Sequence record: NC_006883.2
Length of the DNA: 64,000 bases
Reading direction: 5' to 3' (one strand)
In this document: piece by piece, positions 1 through 9,897 of the stretch
Layout of the letters: each line of letters begins with the position of its first letter
Numbering within the stretch: position 1 is the stretch's first letter
The notes under the pieces: generated by a model
Told to the model about the DNA's origin: nothing
The model's input: only the letters and a program-made list of their open reading frames with translations
Database searches by the model: none
Made by a program: the position numbers and the translations under genes

Positions 1-2
1 GT

Positions 3-371
3 AATGTCTTTTTTGTTCATGGTGGAGTGGATACCCAAGACCGAGAGAGAGTTCGAGAAATCACTGAGCAAGAGAATAATGCGATTATCGTGGCCTCGTA
101 TGGAACCTTTTCCACTGGTATTAACATCAAGAATTTACACAACATAATATTCGCTTCTCCTTCTAAATCTAGAATCAGAAATTTACAATCTATCGGGAGG
201 GTTCTTAGAAAAGGTAATCAAAAATCTAAAGCTACTTTATATGATATTGCCGATGATATTAGTAGTAAGTCTAGAAAAAATTATACGTTAAATCATTTGA
301 TAGAAAGAATTAAAATTTATAATGAAGAAAACTTTAATTATGATATTGTAAATATACCGCTTAAGAAATAA
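3..371 (+). CDS. uvsW: UvsW RNA-DNA/DNA helicase, C-terminal part (5'-truncated by window)
   Basis: SF2 helicase C-terminal motifs ASYGTFSTGINI and QSIGRVLR; frame is open from the window edge; sits upstream of gp55 as in T4-like cyanophages. Confidence 0.9.
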   Translation, partial: NVFFVHGGVDTQDRERVREITEQENNAIIVASYGTFSTGINIKNLHNIIFASPSKSRIRNLQSIGRVLRKGNQKSKATLYDIADDISSKSRKNYTLNHLIERIKIYNEENFNYDIVNIPLKK

Positions 372-784
372 TGGGAGAAGAATTCTACGGAGTCATAAAG
401 TTAGTAACTGGAGAAGAAATCTTTGCTTTGATTTCTGTAGAGGAAAATGACCACGGTAATCCAGTTGTTTTAGTTCAAACTCCTGTAGTTATGAAGGTAT
501 TAAGTCATGCTCATGGACAGTATGTAAAAATAAAACCTTGGTTAGAATTAGCTGATGAAGATATGTACTTAATTAATTATGATAGAGTTGTTACAATGAC
601 TCAAGTAAAAGATTCTGATTTAATTGGTTTCTATGAAAGATATCTTAAAGATGATGAAGTAGATATTGAATTAGATGGTAAAGTTAAACTTCATGAAAAT
701 ATGGGATTTATATCAACTGTAGACGATGCTCGTAAAAAACTTGAAGATATCTTTAAAAATACTAATAAACCTGAAGAAGATTAA
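371..784 (+). CDS. conserved cyanophage hypothetical protein (Sm-like fold candidate)
   Basis: 137 aa ORF, KLVTGEE...KPW pattern, start adjacent to uvsW stop. Confidence 0.7.
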   Translation: MGEEFYGVIKLVTGEEIFALISVEENDHGNPVVLVQTPVVMKVLSHAHGQYVKIKPWLELADEDMYLINYDRVVTMTQVKDSDLIGFYERYLKDDEVDIELDGKVKLHENMGFISTVDDARKKLEDIFKNTNKPEED

Positions 785-833
785 AGCCATCCCATCAACC
801 CTTACAGAGTTATTGTACTGATATTTTGTTACC

Positions 834-862
834 TTGTCAAGTCGAGTAAATAATGTTATAAT
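834..862 (+). promoter_or_regulatory. sigma70-type early promoter for gp55
   Basis: TTGTCA-N17-TATAAT. Confidence 0.65.
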
Positions 863-895
863 ATAAACAATTATTAATAAGGATATATTAATGTT

Positions 896-1375
896 ATGGC
901 TAAGAAGAAATCAGAACATTATGTTAATAATAAAGAACTCTTAGCAGCGTTAATAGATTATCGTGCTGAAGTTGCTGTAGCAAAATCAAAGGATTTACCT
1001 AAACCACGTATTAGTAATTACCTTGGATCTTGTTTTTTAAAGATTGCTACACACCTTTCTTATAAACCAAACTTTGTAAACTATATGTTTAGAGATGATA
1101 TGATCTCTGATGGTATAGAGAATTGTGTACAATACATTCATAATTTTGATCCTAATAAGTCTAGAAATCCATTTGCTTACTTTACTCAGATCATTCATTA
1201 TGCTTTTTTAAGAAGGATTCAGAAAGAGAAGAAGCAATTAGAAATTAAGACAAAGATAATTGAGAAAACTGGATTTGATGAAGTTATGGTGGTTGATGAT
1301 GGAGCACTTACTGGTAGTAGTTCCGATTATAATACTATCAAAGATAATATTCAGTATAAGTCTGGTAATAGATGA
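896..1375 (+). CDS. gp55: late transcription sigma factor gp55
   Basis: HYVNNKE, YMFRDDMISDG and NPFAYFTQ motifs. Confidence 0.95.
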   Translation: MAKKKSEHYVNNKELLAALIDYRAEVAVAKSKDLPKPRISNYLGSCFLKIATHLSYKPNFVNYMFRDDMISDGIENCVQYIHNFDPNKSRNPFAYFTQIIHYAFLRRIQKEKKQLEIKTKIIEKTGFDEVMVVDDGALTGSSSDYNTIKDNIQYKSGNR

Positions 1376-2412
1376 AGATAGCGATAATAACGGATCAGCA
1401 CTTCGGTGCTCGTAAAGGATCTAAATCATTTCATTCTTATTTCAAAAAGTTTTACGATAATGTCTTTTTCCCATATTTGGAAGAACACAAAATCGATACT
1501 GTTATTGATATGGGTGATACCTTTGATAATCGTAGATCTATAGATTTATGGTCTATTGATTGGGCAAAGGAGACTTACTTTGATAGGCTCCAAGAAATGG
1601 GAATAACACTTCATAGTGTTGTTGGTAATCATACTGCTTATTATAAAGATACGAATGAAGTTAATACTATAGATCTGTTATTAAAAGAATATAATAATAT
1701 AACAACCTATTCCGAAACAACTTCTATTGAAGTGGGTGGATGTAATATTCTTCTTGTTCCTTGGATTAATGAAGAGAACAGGGAAATGAGTTTGGGACTT
1801 ATTAAGAAGTCAAAGGCTCCTGTTTGTATGGGGCATCTTGAGTTGAATGGATTTGTTGCTACTGCTGGTCATGTAATGGATCATGGTATGGATATGGATC
1901 CTTTTAAGAAGTTTAAAAAGGTTTATTCTGGTCATTATCATACAAGATCTAATGTTGGTAATATCTACTATCTTGGTAATCCTTATGAGATGTTCTGGAA
2001 CGATTGTGAAGATTCTAGAGGATTTACTATCTTTGATACTGAAACACTAGAACAAACACCAATCAATAATCCATATAGATTGTTCTATAAAGTTTATTAT
2101 GAAGATCATAACTATAAATTATTCAATACAAAAGAACTGAAAGATAAAATTATTAAACTGATTGTAAGGAAGAAAACCGACCAAAAACAGTTTGAAAAAT
2201 TTATAGATAAATTATACTCTACTGGAATATTAGAATTAAAGATTATAGAGAACTATGTTCTAAATGAGAGTGAAGACTTTGTAGCAGAAGAAGATGAGAA
2301 TACGATGAGCACTTTGAATCGGTATATTGATGATTCTGATTTTGAGTGTGATAAGAATATAATAAAGGGTATTTTACAGAAAATCTATGCAGAGGCTTGC
2401 GAGGTTGATTAA
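1372..2412 (+). CDS. gp47: recombination endonuclease subunit gp47 (Mre11/SbcD-like)
   Basis: Metallophosphoesterase motifs TDQHFG, GDTFD, GNH, GHYH. Confidence 0.95.
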   Translation: MKIAIITDQHFGARKGSKSFHSYFKKFYDNVFFPYLEEHKIDTVIDMGDTFDNRRSIDLWSIDWAKETYFDRLQEMGITLHSVVGNHTAYYKDTNEVNTIDLLLKEYNNITTYSETTSIEVGGCNILLVPWINEENREMSLGLIKKSKAPVCMGHLELNGFVATAGHVMDHGMDMDPFKKFKKVYSGHYHTRSNVGNIYYLGNPYEMFWNDCEDSRGFTIFDTETLEQTPINNPYRLFYKVYYEDHNYKLFNTKELKDKIIKLIVRKKTDQKQFEKFIDKLYSTGILELKIIENYVLNESEDFVAEEDENTMSTLNRYIDDSDFECDKNIIKGILQKIYAEACEVD

Positions 2413-2690
2413 TGTATCTTCTTACTTTAAAAGATTCAATTACCGATGGTGCTTATGCTGTTGCCAATAAGTATGGTGAGAATGTATTATTTCTCTTTCA
2501 AAAGGAGGATGATGCTGAGAGATATGCTATGCAAATTGAAGACCAAGAAGATAAATCAATGTCAGTTGTAGAGGTTGATGATAACCTTGCAATTATTACG
2601 TGTAGACGCTATAATTATAAGTATGCTGTGATTACTCCTAATGACATCGTTATTCCACCAAAGTTGAATGATAATATTTCAAAAAATTAG
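2412..2690 (+). CDS. hypothetical protein (DUF3110-like)
   Basis: 92 aa, LFQKEDDAERYA motif, located between gp47 and gp46. Confidence 0.6.
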   Translation: MYLLTLKDSITDGAYAVANKYGENVLFLFQKEDDAERYAMQIEDQEDKSMSVVEVDDNLAIITCRRYNYKYAVITPNDIVIPPKLNDNISKN

Positions 2691-4380
2691 ATGGAAAAAT
2701 TTCCTTAGTACGGGTAATCAGTTTACTGAGGTTGATTTTCAACAGAATGCAACAAATTTAATTATTGGGACAAATGGTACAGGTAAATCAACTGTGCTTG
2801 ATGCCCTTACTTTTAGTTTGTTTAATAAACCCTTTCGTAAGATTAATAAGGGGCAGTTGGCAAATAGCACCAATGAGAAAGATTGTCTTGTAGAAGTTGA
2901 ATTCAGTATCAATAATAAAGAATATATTGTAAAAAGGGGAATAAAACCTAATCTTTTTTTAATAATTGTAGATGGGACTCCTATGCATAAGGAGGCAGAT
3001 GATCGTGTAATGCAAAAAATGCTTGAGGAAAATATCCTTAAGGTGAATTATAAGTCATTTACTCAGATCGTTATATTGGGTAGCACTAACTTTGTTCCCT
3101 TTATGCAATTATCAGGATCAAATCGTAGAGAAGTTATTGAGGATTTATTAGATATTCGTATATTCTCTGCTATGAATAGTCTCATTAAAGATAAGATCAG
3201 GGGACAGAAGGATGAAATTAAAACATTAGATCTAAGTAAGGATAATATAAAAGATAAAGTTGAGATGCAAACTAACTTTATTAATGAGTTAGAGAGTCAA
3301 GGTAAGCAAATAATAGATGAGAAGAGATCTAAGATTGATACTCTTTTGTGTGAGGCAGAAGATTATGTTATGCAAAATGAGCAGTTATCTGATGATGTTA
3401 TTGATCTAACTAGGGAGCAAGAAAATGTAACAGGTGCGAAAGGTAAGTTAAAGAAACTAAACACACTTAAGGGTAAAATGTCTAATAAAGTAGCAACCCT
3501 TACCAAAGAACATAAGTTTTTCACAGAGCATACGGTTTGTCCTACTTGTACCCAGAATATAGAAGAAGAGTTCCGTGTAAATAGAATTACTGATGCTCAA
3601 ACTAAAGCAAAGGAGTTGCAAACTGGTTACAGGGAACTGGAAGACGCAATTCAAAAAGAAGAGGAAAGAGAGCATCAATTTACAAAACTAACAAAGGAGA
3701 TTACTGAACTCAATAATGGCATTTCTAAGAATCATACTCTCATCTCTGGATGTAACAGACAGGTCAGGGATTTGGAATCGGAAATTCAGAGACTTACCGA
3801 CCAGCATGCAAACAGAAATACTGAACAAGAAAAATTAGCAGAGTTCAATCAAAACCTCCAAGAAGTATTTAAAAAATTAGCAGATAAGAAAGAAGAAGTT
3901 ATGTATCATGACTTCGCATATTCTCTGTTAAAGGATGATGGAGTAAAGACAAAAATAATTAAGAAGTACCTTCCTCTTATTAATCAGCAAGTAAATCGTT
4001 TCTTGCAGATGATGGATTTCTATATCAATTTTAAACTTGATGAGGAGTTTAGTGAAACTATTGAATCACCAATTCACGAGAAGTTTTCTTATGCTTCTTT
4101 TTCTGAAGGAGAGAAGATGAGAATTGACCTTGCACTTTTATTCACTTGGAGAGAAGTTGCTAGAGTTAAAAACTCTGTGAATACAAATCTTCTAATTATG
4201 GATGAGATCTTTGACAGTTCTCTTGATGGGTTTGGTACAGATGAGTTTCTTAAGATCATTCGCTTTGTGATCAAGGATGCGAATGTATTTGTTATATCAC
4301 ATAAAGCAGAACTACAGGATAAATTTGAGAGTGTGATTAGATTTGAGAAAATAAAGGGATTCTCAAGAATGGTAGTATGA
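2668..4380 (+). CDS. gp46: recombination endonuclease subunit gp46 (Rad50/SbcC-like)
   Basis: Walker A GTNGTGKS, zinc hook CPTC, FSEGE signature, MDEIFD Walker B. Confidence 0.95.
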   Translation: MIIFQKIRWKNFLSTGNQFTEVDFQQNATNLIIGTNGTGKSTVLDALTFSLFNKPFRKINKGQLANSTNEKDCLVEVEFSINNKEYIVKRGIKPNLFLIIVDGTPMHKEADDRVMQKMLEENILKVNYKSFTQIVILGSTNFVPFMQLSGSNRREVIEDLLDIRIFSAMNSLIKDKIRGQKDEIKTLDLSKDNIKDKVEMQTNFINELESQGKQIIDEKRSKIDTLLCEAEDYVMQNEQLSDDVIDLTREQENVTGAKGKLKKLNTLKGKMSNKVATLTKEHKFFTEHTVCPTCTQNIEEEFRVNRITDAQTKAKELQTGYRELEDAIQKEEEREHQFTKLTKEITELNNGISKNHTLISGCNRQVRDLESEIQRLTDQHANRNTEQEKLAEFNQNLQEVFKKLADKKEEVMYHDFAYSLLKDDGVKTKIIKKYLPLINQQVNRFLQMMDFYINFKLDEEFSETIESPIHEKFSYASFSEGEKMRIDLALLFTWREVARVKNSVNTNLLIMDEIFDSSLDGFGTDEFLKIIRFVIKDANVFVISHKAELQDKFESVIRFEKIKGFSRMVV

Positions 4381-4964
4381 AGAAACCTTTTGTTGCGAAA
4401 ATATATCCAACATTAGTATTTAAATTAGATTGTAGTGATCTAATAAAACAAGTATCTGATATTTGTAATAAGGTTGAATGGAAAGGTAAAGATTTTAATG
4501 ATTCTAGTTCTAGTAATTTTATACTATCTAAAAATGTTAACTTAACTTCTACCTTTAATGAAAGAATAAATTTGTGTTTAAAGGAATTAGATTATAAGGT
4601 TCCTTTTAAAATGAGTACCAGTTGGTTTACTAGAACTAAACCAGAAGATTCTGTTTGGCAGCATAAACATACTAATTCTGTTTGGAGTGCTGTCTTTTAT
4701 TTTGATGATAATTTATCTAATCTTGTTTTTGATAAAAGAGAACTGCCTATGATAAGTGTTGATTTTAATAATACAGATCCTTCAACTATACCTTATGGTC
4801 TTTGTATATTTCCTGTTACTATTGGTGATTTAATTATATTTCCTAGTGATTTGTATCATGCTTCTCAACCAAACACTAGTAATAAATACAGATATTCTCT
4901 TGCAATGAATTTTATGCCTTATGGTATGATAGACCAAGGCGATTCAAGCTACCATTACCAATGA
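4377..4964 (+). CDS. 2OG-Fe(II) oxygenase-like protein
   Basis: HKH..S(A)VFY, LIIFPSDLYH and RYSLAMN motifs. Confidence 0.8.
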   Translation: MKKPFVAKIYPTLVFKLDCSDLIKQVSDICNKVEWKGKDFNDSSSSNFILSKNVNLTSTFNERINLCLKELDYKVPFKMSTSWFTRTKPEDSVWQHKHTNSVWSAVFYFDDNLSNLVFDKRELPMISVDFNNTDPSTIPYGLCIFPVTIGDLIIFPSDLYHASQPNTSNKYRYSLAMNFMPYGMIDQGDSSYHYQ

Positions 4965-5176
4965 ACACTCCAAATTGGCAACATCATTCTAAGAAGGTTG
5001 CCAAACGAAAACTTAAACCCCAAGCATTACGCCAAGCGAAAGCAAGGCGTGGACAGTTGATAAACCGTCTGAAACCCCCCACGAAGGGGGTTTTTTCATA
5101 TATAATAAAAAACAAAAAGAAATGCCTAATACTCCTGCGAGAAAGGAATTGCGTGAGGAACGCTTTGAATGGTTAA
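4961..5176 (+). CDS. small basic hypothetical protein
   Basis: MNTPNWQHHSKK N-terminus; the 3' part runs through a regulatory hairpin and may be incidental. Confidence 0.5.
   Translation: MNTPNWQHHSKKVAKRKLKPQALRQAKARRGQLINRLKPPTKGVFSYIIKNKKKCLILLRERNCVRNALNG
5051..5106 (+). promoter_or_regulatory. early-promoter-associated motif with hairpin
   Basis: GGACAGTT-N3-AAAC, CCCCC-acgaa-GGGGG hairpin with T run, then TATAAT; matches element at 8716. Confidence 0.55.
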
Positions 5177-5397
5177 GAGAAAGTAAGAGAAATAAACCTT
5201 GTGCTGATTGTGGTGGGATATTTGATCCTGTATGTATGGACTATCATCATATAGACCCTTCTACCAAGTATCATCCTGGTGGAGTGGGTGGTGTCATTAA
5301 GAGTGGATATAGTATGAAGAGGATACAGGAGGAAATTGATAAGTGCGTGTGCCTCTGTGCAAACTGTCACAGGATTAGGCACAAGGATGATCCCTAG
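5122..5397 (+). CDS. HNH endonuclease
   Basis: CADC...DYHHIDP...CVCLCANCHRIRH. Confidence 0.85.
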   Translation: MPNTPARKELREERFEWLRESKRNKPCADCGGIFDPVCMDYHHIDPSTKYHPGGVGGVIKSGYSMKRIQEEIDKCVCLCANCHRIRHKDDP

Positions 5398-5429
5398 AGT
5401 TATAATAGGTACATCAAACAAAGAGAACT

Positions 5430-7643
5430 ATGTTGGTTAAGCACGAAATCAAATCACAACTAGCAAAACTCCTTGCTACAGAAGATCTTATAGTAGAGAA
5501 CAAAAAAGTAGAAACTGCTGAGTTTAATGTTCACACTCGTGTATTAACTCTTCCAAGATGGGAGCAAGCAAGTAATAATGTATATGATTCTTTAGTTGCC
5601 CACGAAGTAGGACACGCTCTTTTCACCCCTGATGTGGATTGGAGAGAGACCCACGATATCCCACATGTATTTGTAAATGTATGTGAGGATGTAAGAATTG
5701 AAAAGTTGATGAGAAGAAAATATGCAGGAATTGCAAAAACCTTTTATAATGGATACCACGAACTAAGTGATAATGATTTTTTCGATCTTGCTGATAAAGA
5801 TATTTCTGACCTTAATCTTGCTGATAGGATTAATATATACAATAAAATTGGGAGTTTCGTTGATGTATCTTTTTCAGATGCTGAGAAGAAGATTCTATCG
5901 TTAGTAGAAAGTTGTGAAACATTTGAACAAGTACTGGATGCGTCACAAACTCTTTATGAGTATTGCAAAGACGAAGTTAATTCTGATGATGATGAATCTT
6001 CAGAACAAGTTGCTGAAGTGGAACCAACAGAGGATGGTACTGAAGAAATAGAAGCAAATGATCAAGGTGAAGAAACTGAAGAAGAAGAGTTTCAAACACC
6101 AGAATCTTCCACTCAAGGATCTTCTCAATATGATCCAGTATTGGAAGATTTTGAAGATATGGATATGGGTGGACAAGAAGGTAGTGAGGAACCAACAGTA
6201 GAAACTGCTGAAGCATTAGCAGATAAACTTAAGGATTTGATCAACCTTGATGGTGTAGAGAATGCTTATGTAGAACTACCAAAACTAAACTTGGATGATG
6301 TTGTTGTTCCTAATGATGCCATTCATAAAGTTTGTAATGATTCTTGGGAAGAATCTATTGCATATAATAAACAGTTCATCGATAAAAAAGACTTTCATTC
6401 TGAAGCAAATATTTTTGAAGATGTTGATGCTGAGTATGTTCAGTTCAAAAGAGAAGCACAGAAAGAAGTTAATTATCTTGTAAAAGAGTTTGAGTGTAAG
6501 AAGGCAGCAGACAGTTATGCTCGTGCCACTACTGCTAGAACTGGTGTTTTAGATTGCTCTAAACTTCATACCTATAAGCATAATGAAGATCTATTCAAAA
6601 AAGTAACTACACTTGCAGATGGTAAGAACCACGGATTAGTTTTCATCCTTGACTGGTCTGGATCTATGCATACAGTTTTGAAGGATACTGTTAAGCAACT
6701 CTATAACCTAATCTGGTTCTGTAAAAAAGTGAATATTCCTTTTGAAGTTTATGCTTTCACTCAGGAATATCCTCTAGTTAGATATGATGATGAGCGTGGA
6801 GAAATGTCAAGAATCACACCATATACTCCAAAGAATAATATGGCACAAGTTCCTGATTGGTTTTCTTTGATGAACTTCTTCTCTAGTAAAGTAAATGCAA
6901 AAACTTTAGATGATCAATTGAAGAATATCTGGAGAGTTACTTCTTCTATAATGGGATACGGTTATCATGCTTCTCACAGTGGTTATGCTAATCGCTATAA
7001 TTTCAGAACTCCACTTGGATTGAATCTTTCTGGAACACCTTTAAATGAAACTCTAGTTGCTCTACATCAGATACTACCAAAATTCAAGAAGGAGAATAAG
7101 TTACAGAAAGTTCAATGTGTAATTCTTACTGATGGTGAAGCACAACCTCTTAGATATCATAAAGAAGTTCAAAGACAGTGGGAAGATGAGCCATATCTAG
7201 GAACCTCATACTTTAGTTCTAATGTTTTTCTAAGAGATAGATCTATTGGTAAAACATATTCCTTCAGTAAAATGGTTCAGTATTCTGATATGACTGATAT
7301 TCTTTTGGAGAATCTAAGAGATAAGTTCCAAGATATAAACTTTGTTGGTATTCGCATTCTTGAAAGTAGAGATGCTGGTCAGTTTGTTCGTAGATATACT
7401 GGGTATTGTGAGTTGTATGAGAAGGTTATGAAGGAGTGGAGAAAAGAAAAAGCATTTAGTCTTAAGAATAGTGGTTATCATCGTTATTTTGGACTATCAT
7501 CTAAGATGTTGAACACCGATGCTGAGTTTGATCCTATTCACGATGCCACAAAAGCACAGATCAAGAGAGATTTCATCAAGAGTCTCAAAGGTAAAAAAAT
7601 GAATAAGAAAATCCTTAGTGAGTTTATTGAGTTAGTAGCATGA
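5430..7643 (+). CDS. CobT-like VWA protein with N-terminal HExxH metallopeptidase-like domain
   Basis: AHEVGHA motif, acidic linker, VWA MIDAS DWSGSM and LTDGE. Confidence 0.8.
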   Translation: MLVKHEIKSQLAKLLATEDLIVENKKVETAEFNVHTRVLTLPRWEQASNNVYDSLVAHEVGHALFTPDVDWRETHDIPHVFVNVCEDVRIEKLMRRKYAGIAKTFYNGYHELSDNDFFDLADKDISDLNLADRINIYNKIGSFVDVSFSDAEKKILSLVESCETFEQVLDASQTLYEYCKDEVNSDDDESSEQVAEVEPTEDGTEEIEANDQGEETEEEEFQTPESSTQGSSQYDPVLEDFEDMDMGGQEGSEEPTVETAEALADKLKDLINLDGVENAYVELPKLNLDDVVVPNDAIHKVCNDSWEESIAYNKQFIDKKDFHSEANIFEDVDAEYVQFKREAQKEVNYLVKEFECKKAADSYARATTARTGVLDCSKLHTYKHNEDLFKKVTTLADGKNHGLVFILDWSGSMHTVLKDTVKQLYNLIWFCKKVNIPFEVYAFTQEYPLVRYDDERGEMSRITPYTPKNNMAQVPDWFSLMNFFSSKVNAKTLDDQLKNIWRVTSSIMGYGYHASHSGYANRYNFRTPLGLNLSGTPLNETLVALHQILPKFKKENKLQKVQCVILTDGEAQPLRYHKEVQRQWEDEPYLGTSYFSSNVFLRDRSIGKTYSFSKMVQYSDMTDILLENLRDKFQDINFVGIRILESRDAGQFVRRYTGYCELYEKVMKEWRKEKAFSLKNSGYHRYFGLSSKMLNTDAEFDPIHDATKAQIKRDFIKSLKGKKMNKKILSEFIELVA

Positions 7644-8170
7644 ACATTTTTGTAACCAACCCTGATCCCCATAAGGCTGCCACAGAATTGCCTGACAAGC
7701 ATGTGGTTAAGATGCCATTAGAAACTTGTCAGATGCTTTCTATCATATACTCTAAGTGGTATTATGATTGGGGTACTCTTAATAAAAAAGATGGTACTCC
7801 TTATGAAACTAAGAAAGGTGCTTTTCGTAATCATCCTTGTACTCAATGGGCAGCAGATAGTATATACAATACTGCTTGGTTGATTCAACATGGATGTGCT
7901 TTAGCAGATGAGTATTCTTATCGTTATGGTAAGGTTCATGGATGTGCTAATACTTTATTTGAAGCAAAGAAGATGTTTCATAGATGTGCTGGTGAGGTGA
8001 TTACTTGTTACTGTATGGTAGAAGGTTTCACAAGAGCGATGCCTGATGAGATCAAGACTGATAGAACTATTGATACCTTTACTGCATATCAAAAGTATAT
8101 CAATACTAAACCTTGGGTGAAAGATAACTATCTCCGTAAACCAGAACGTAAACCTGAATGGGTCTTATAA
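7640..8170 (+). CDS. pyrimidine-dimer DNA glycosylase-like protein
   Basis: MNIFVT...DKHVVKMPLETCQMLS and NHPCTQW motifs. Confidence 0.65.
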   Translation: MNIFVTNPDPHKAATELPDKHVVKMPLETCQMLSIIYSKWYYDWGTLNKKDGTPYETKKGAFRNHPCTQWAADSIYNTAWLIQHGCALADEYSYRYGKVHGCANTLFEAKKMFHRCAGEVITCYCMVEGFTRAMPDEIKTDRTIDTFTAYQKYINTKPWVKDNYLRKPERKPEWVL

Positions 8171-8173
8171 ATA
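8166..8173 (+). promoter_or_regulatory. T4-type late promoter
   Basis: TATAAATA upstream of small ORFs. Confidence 0.65.
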
Positions 8174-8195
8174 AAACACCTTACATATTTTTACG

Positions 8196-8333
8196 ATGAG
8201 AATTACACCTAAAGATGCAGAAGGATTATTGGCTGCATATGCTAAGGTTCATGCACCAAAAGAAGAACCTAGTATAAAGGAACCTGCTGATGAGACCCCT
8301 CCACCTGCAGAGCCTTCTGAAAATAATAAATAA
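8196..8333 (+). CDS. small hypothetical protein (45 aa, not in ORF track)
   Basis: MRITPKDAEGLLAAYAKVHAP... read from sequence, downstream of late promoter. Confidence 0.55.
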   Translation: MRITPKDAEGLLAAYAKVHAPKEEPSIKEPADETPPPAEPSENNK

Positions 8334-8356
8334 CTAAAAGAATTGAGTCTGGAAAG

Positions 8357-8716
8357 ATGAGTAAGTTTTCTGATTTCGCACATTTAGGAACAACAACACA
8401 TGAGTCAGGAGTTACTGAAACAACTGCTCCTCCTGTTGCACCTACACCACCAGAACCAGTAGTAGAAGAATATGTGCCTCCTGTAGAAGCACCTCCTACT
8501 ACTCCACCTGAATATGAGAATCCTTTAGATGATATGCCAGTTGCTGTTGCACCTTCAGCAGAGGCAGAAGCATTTTCTGTTGATGATCTTCAGTGGATGT
8601 CAAAGATTAAATTAGAAGAGATTGGTAGATCTCTTGGTGTTGAGTTAGATAGAAGATTATCTCAACCAAAACTTGTTAGACAATTAAAAGAAGTTATAGA
8701 ACAACAGCAAGATTAG
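8357..8716 (+). CDS. Pro/Glu-rich hypothetical protein
   Basis: Low-complexity N-terminus; C-terminal KLEEIGRSLGVELDRR helical module. Confidence 0.65.
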   Translation: MSKFSDFAHLGTTTHESGVTETTAPPVAPTPPEPVVEEYVPPVEAPPTTPPEYENPLDDMPVAVAPSAEAEAFSVDDLQWMSKIKLEEIGRSLGVELDRRLSQPKLVRQLKEVIEQQQD

Positions 8717-8773
8717 GACAGTTAACAAACTGGCATACTAGGGGTCGTAAGACCCCTTTTTTAGTCTTATAAT
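8716..8773 (+). promoter_or_regulatory. early-promoter-associated motif with terminator-like hairpin, upstream of cobS
   Basis: GGACAGTT-N3-AAACTGGCA, GGGGTC-gtaa-GACCCC plus T6, then TATAAT. Confidence 0.6.
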
Positions 8774-8800
8774 AGGTTCAACTAAATAAAGCACTACATC

Positions 8801-9895
8801 ATGGCATTTGAAATCAAAATGACCGAAGACCAAATTGTTGATGGATTGAGAGGATCATATGGAACTGAATTCACTGCTGCTGATATTCGTGGATTCTGTG
8901 CTGTTAATGATATCTCATATCAAACAGTTACTAAGAAACTAAAAAAATATAATGTATCAAAGGGTAAGTGGAACCTTGAAGTTACTGTACAGGCAGTTGA
9001 AAAGATTGAAAAAGCATTTGCTGCTCCTGCTGTTCAAGACGCTGTTACTCAAAACCTTGTACCAGAACAGGACAATACCTTTGTTAAGTTTGGACCTTTT
9101 AATGATCTAAAGAACATTATAAAATCCAAGCAGTTCTATCCTACATTCATTACAGGACTTTCTGGTAACGGTAAAACTTTTGGTGTAGAACAAGTTTGTG
9201 CTCAACTTAAGAGAGAGTTAATCCGTGTCAACATCACAATCGAAACTGATGAAGATGATCTTATTGGTGGTTTTCGTCTTATTGATGGCAACACTGTTTG
9301 GCACAACGGACCTGTCATCGAAGCTTTGGAAAGGGGAGCTATCCTCCTTTTAGATGAGATCGATCTAGCATCGAATAAGATTCTATGTTTGCAACCTATT
9401 CTTGAGGGTAAGGGTATCTTCCTTAAAAAGATTGGTAGGTTCATTCAACCAGCAGCAGGTTTCAACGTAGTTGCTACTGCTAATACTAAAGGTAAAGGAT
9501 CTGATGATGGTAGATTCATAGGAACTAATGTTCTTAATGAAGCGTTCCTTGAAAGATTTCCTGTAACCTTTGAGCAAGAGTATCCACCTATTTCTGTAGA
9601 AAAGAAGATTCTTGGTGGTATTGCATCACAGTTAGGTGTTACTGATACAGACTTTATTGCAAGGTTAGTTGATTGGGGTGATATCATCCGTAAGACATTC
9701 TACGATGGTGGTATTGAAGAGATCATCAGTACTCGTAGATTGGTTCACATTGTTCGTGCTTTCAGTATCTTTAATGATAAGGCAAAGGCAATCCAAGTTT
9801 GCATCAACCGTTTCGATGATGAGACCAAGCAAGCATTCCTTGAGTTGTATGATAAAGTAGATGCAGATTTCCAATTACCAACTGAGGAAGTTTAA
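8801..9895 (+). CDS. cobS: CobS-like MoxR-family AAA+ ATPase
   Basis: GLSGNGKT Walker A, LLLDEID Walker B, ATANTKG, ISTRRL. Confidence 0.9.
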   Translation: MAFEIKMTEDQIVDGLRGSYGTEFTAADIRGFCAVNDISYQTVTKKLKKYNVSKGKWNLEVTVQAVEKIEKAFAAPAVQDAVTQNLVPEQDNTFVKFGPFNDLKNIIKSKQFYPTFITGLSGNGKTFGVEQVCAQLKRELIRVNITIETDEDDLIGGFRLIDGNTVWHNGPVIEALERGAILLLDEIDLASNKILCLQPILEGKGIFLKKIGRFIQPAAGFNVVATANTKGKGSDDGRFIGTNVLNEAFLERFPVTFEQEYPPISVEKKILGGIASQLGVTDTDFIARLVDWGDIIRKTFYDGGIEEIISTRRLVHIVRAFSIFNDKAKAIQVCINRFDDETKQAFLELYDKVDADFQLPTEEV

Positions 9896-9897
9896 AT

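Noticed and set aside
8801-9895. Cobalamin biosynthesis role for cobS
   Set aside because: No cobN or other cob genes in the window; the motifs support only a MoxR-type AAA+ ATPase
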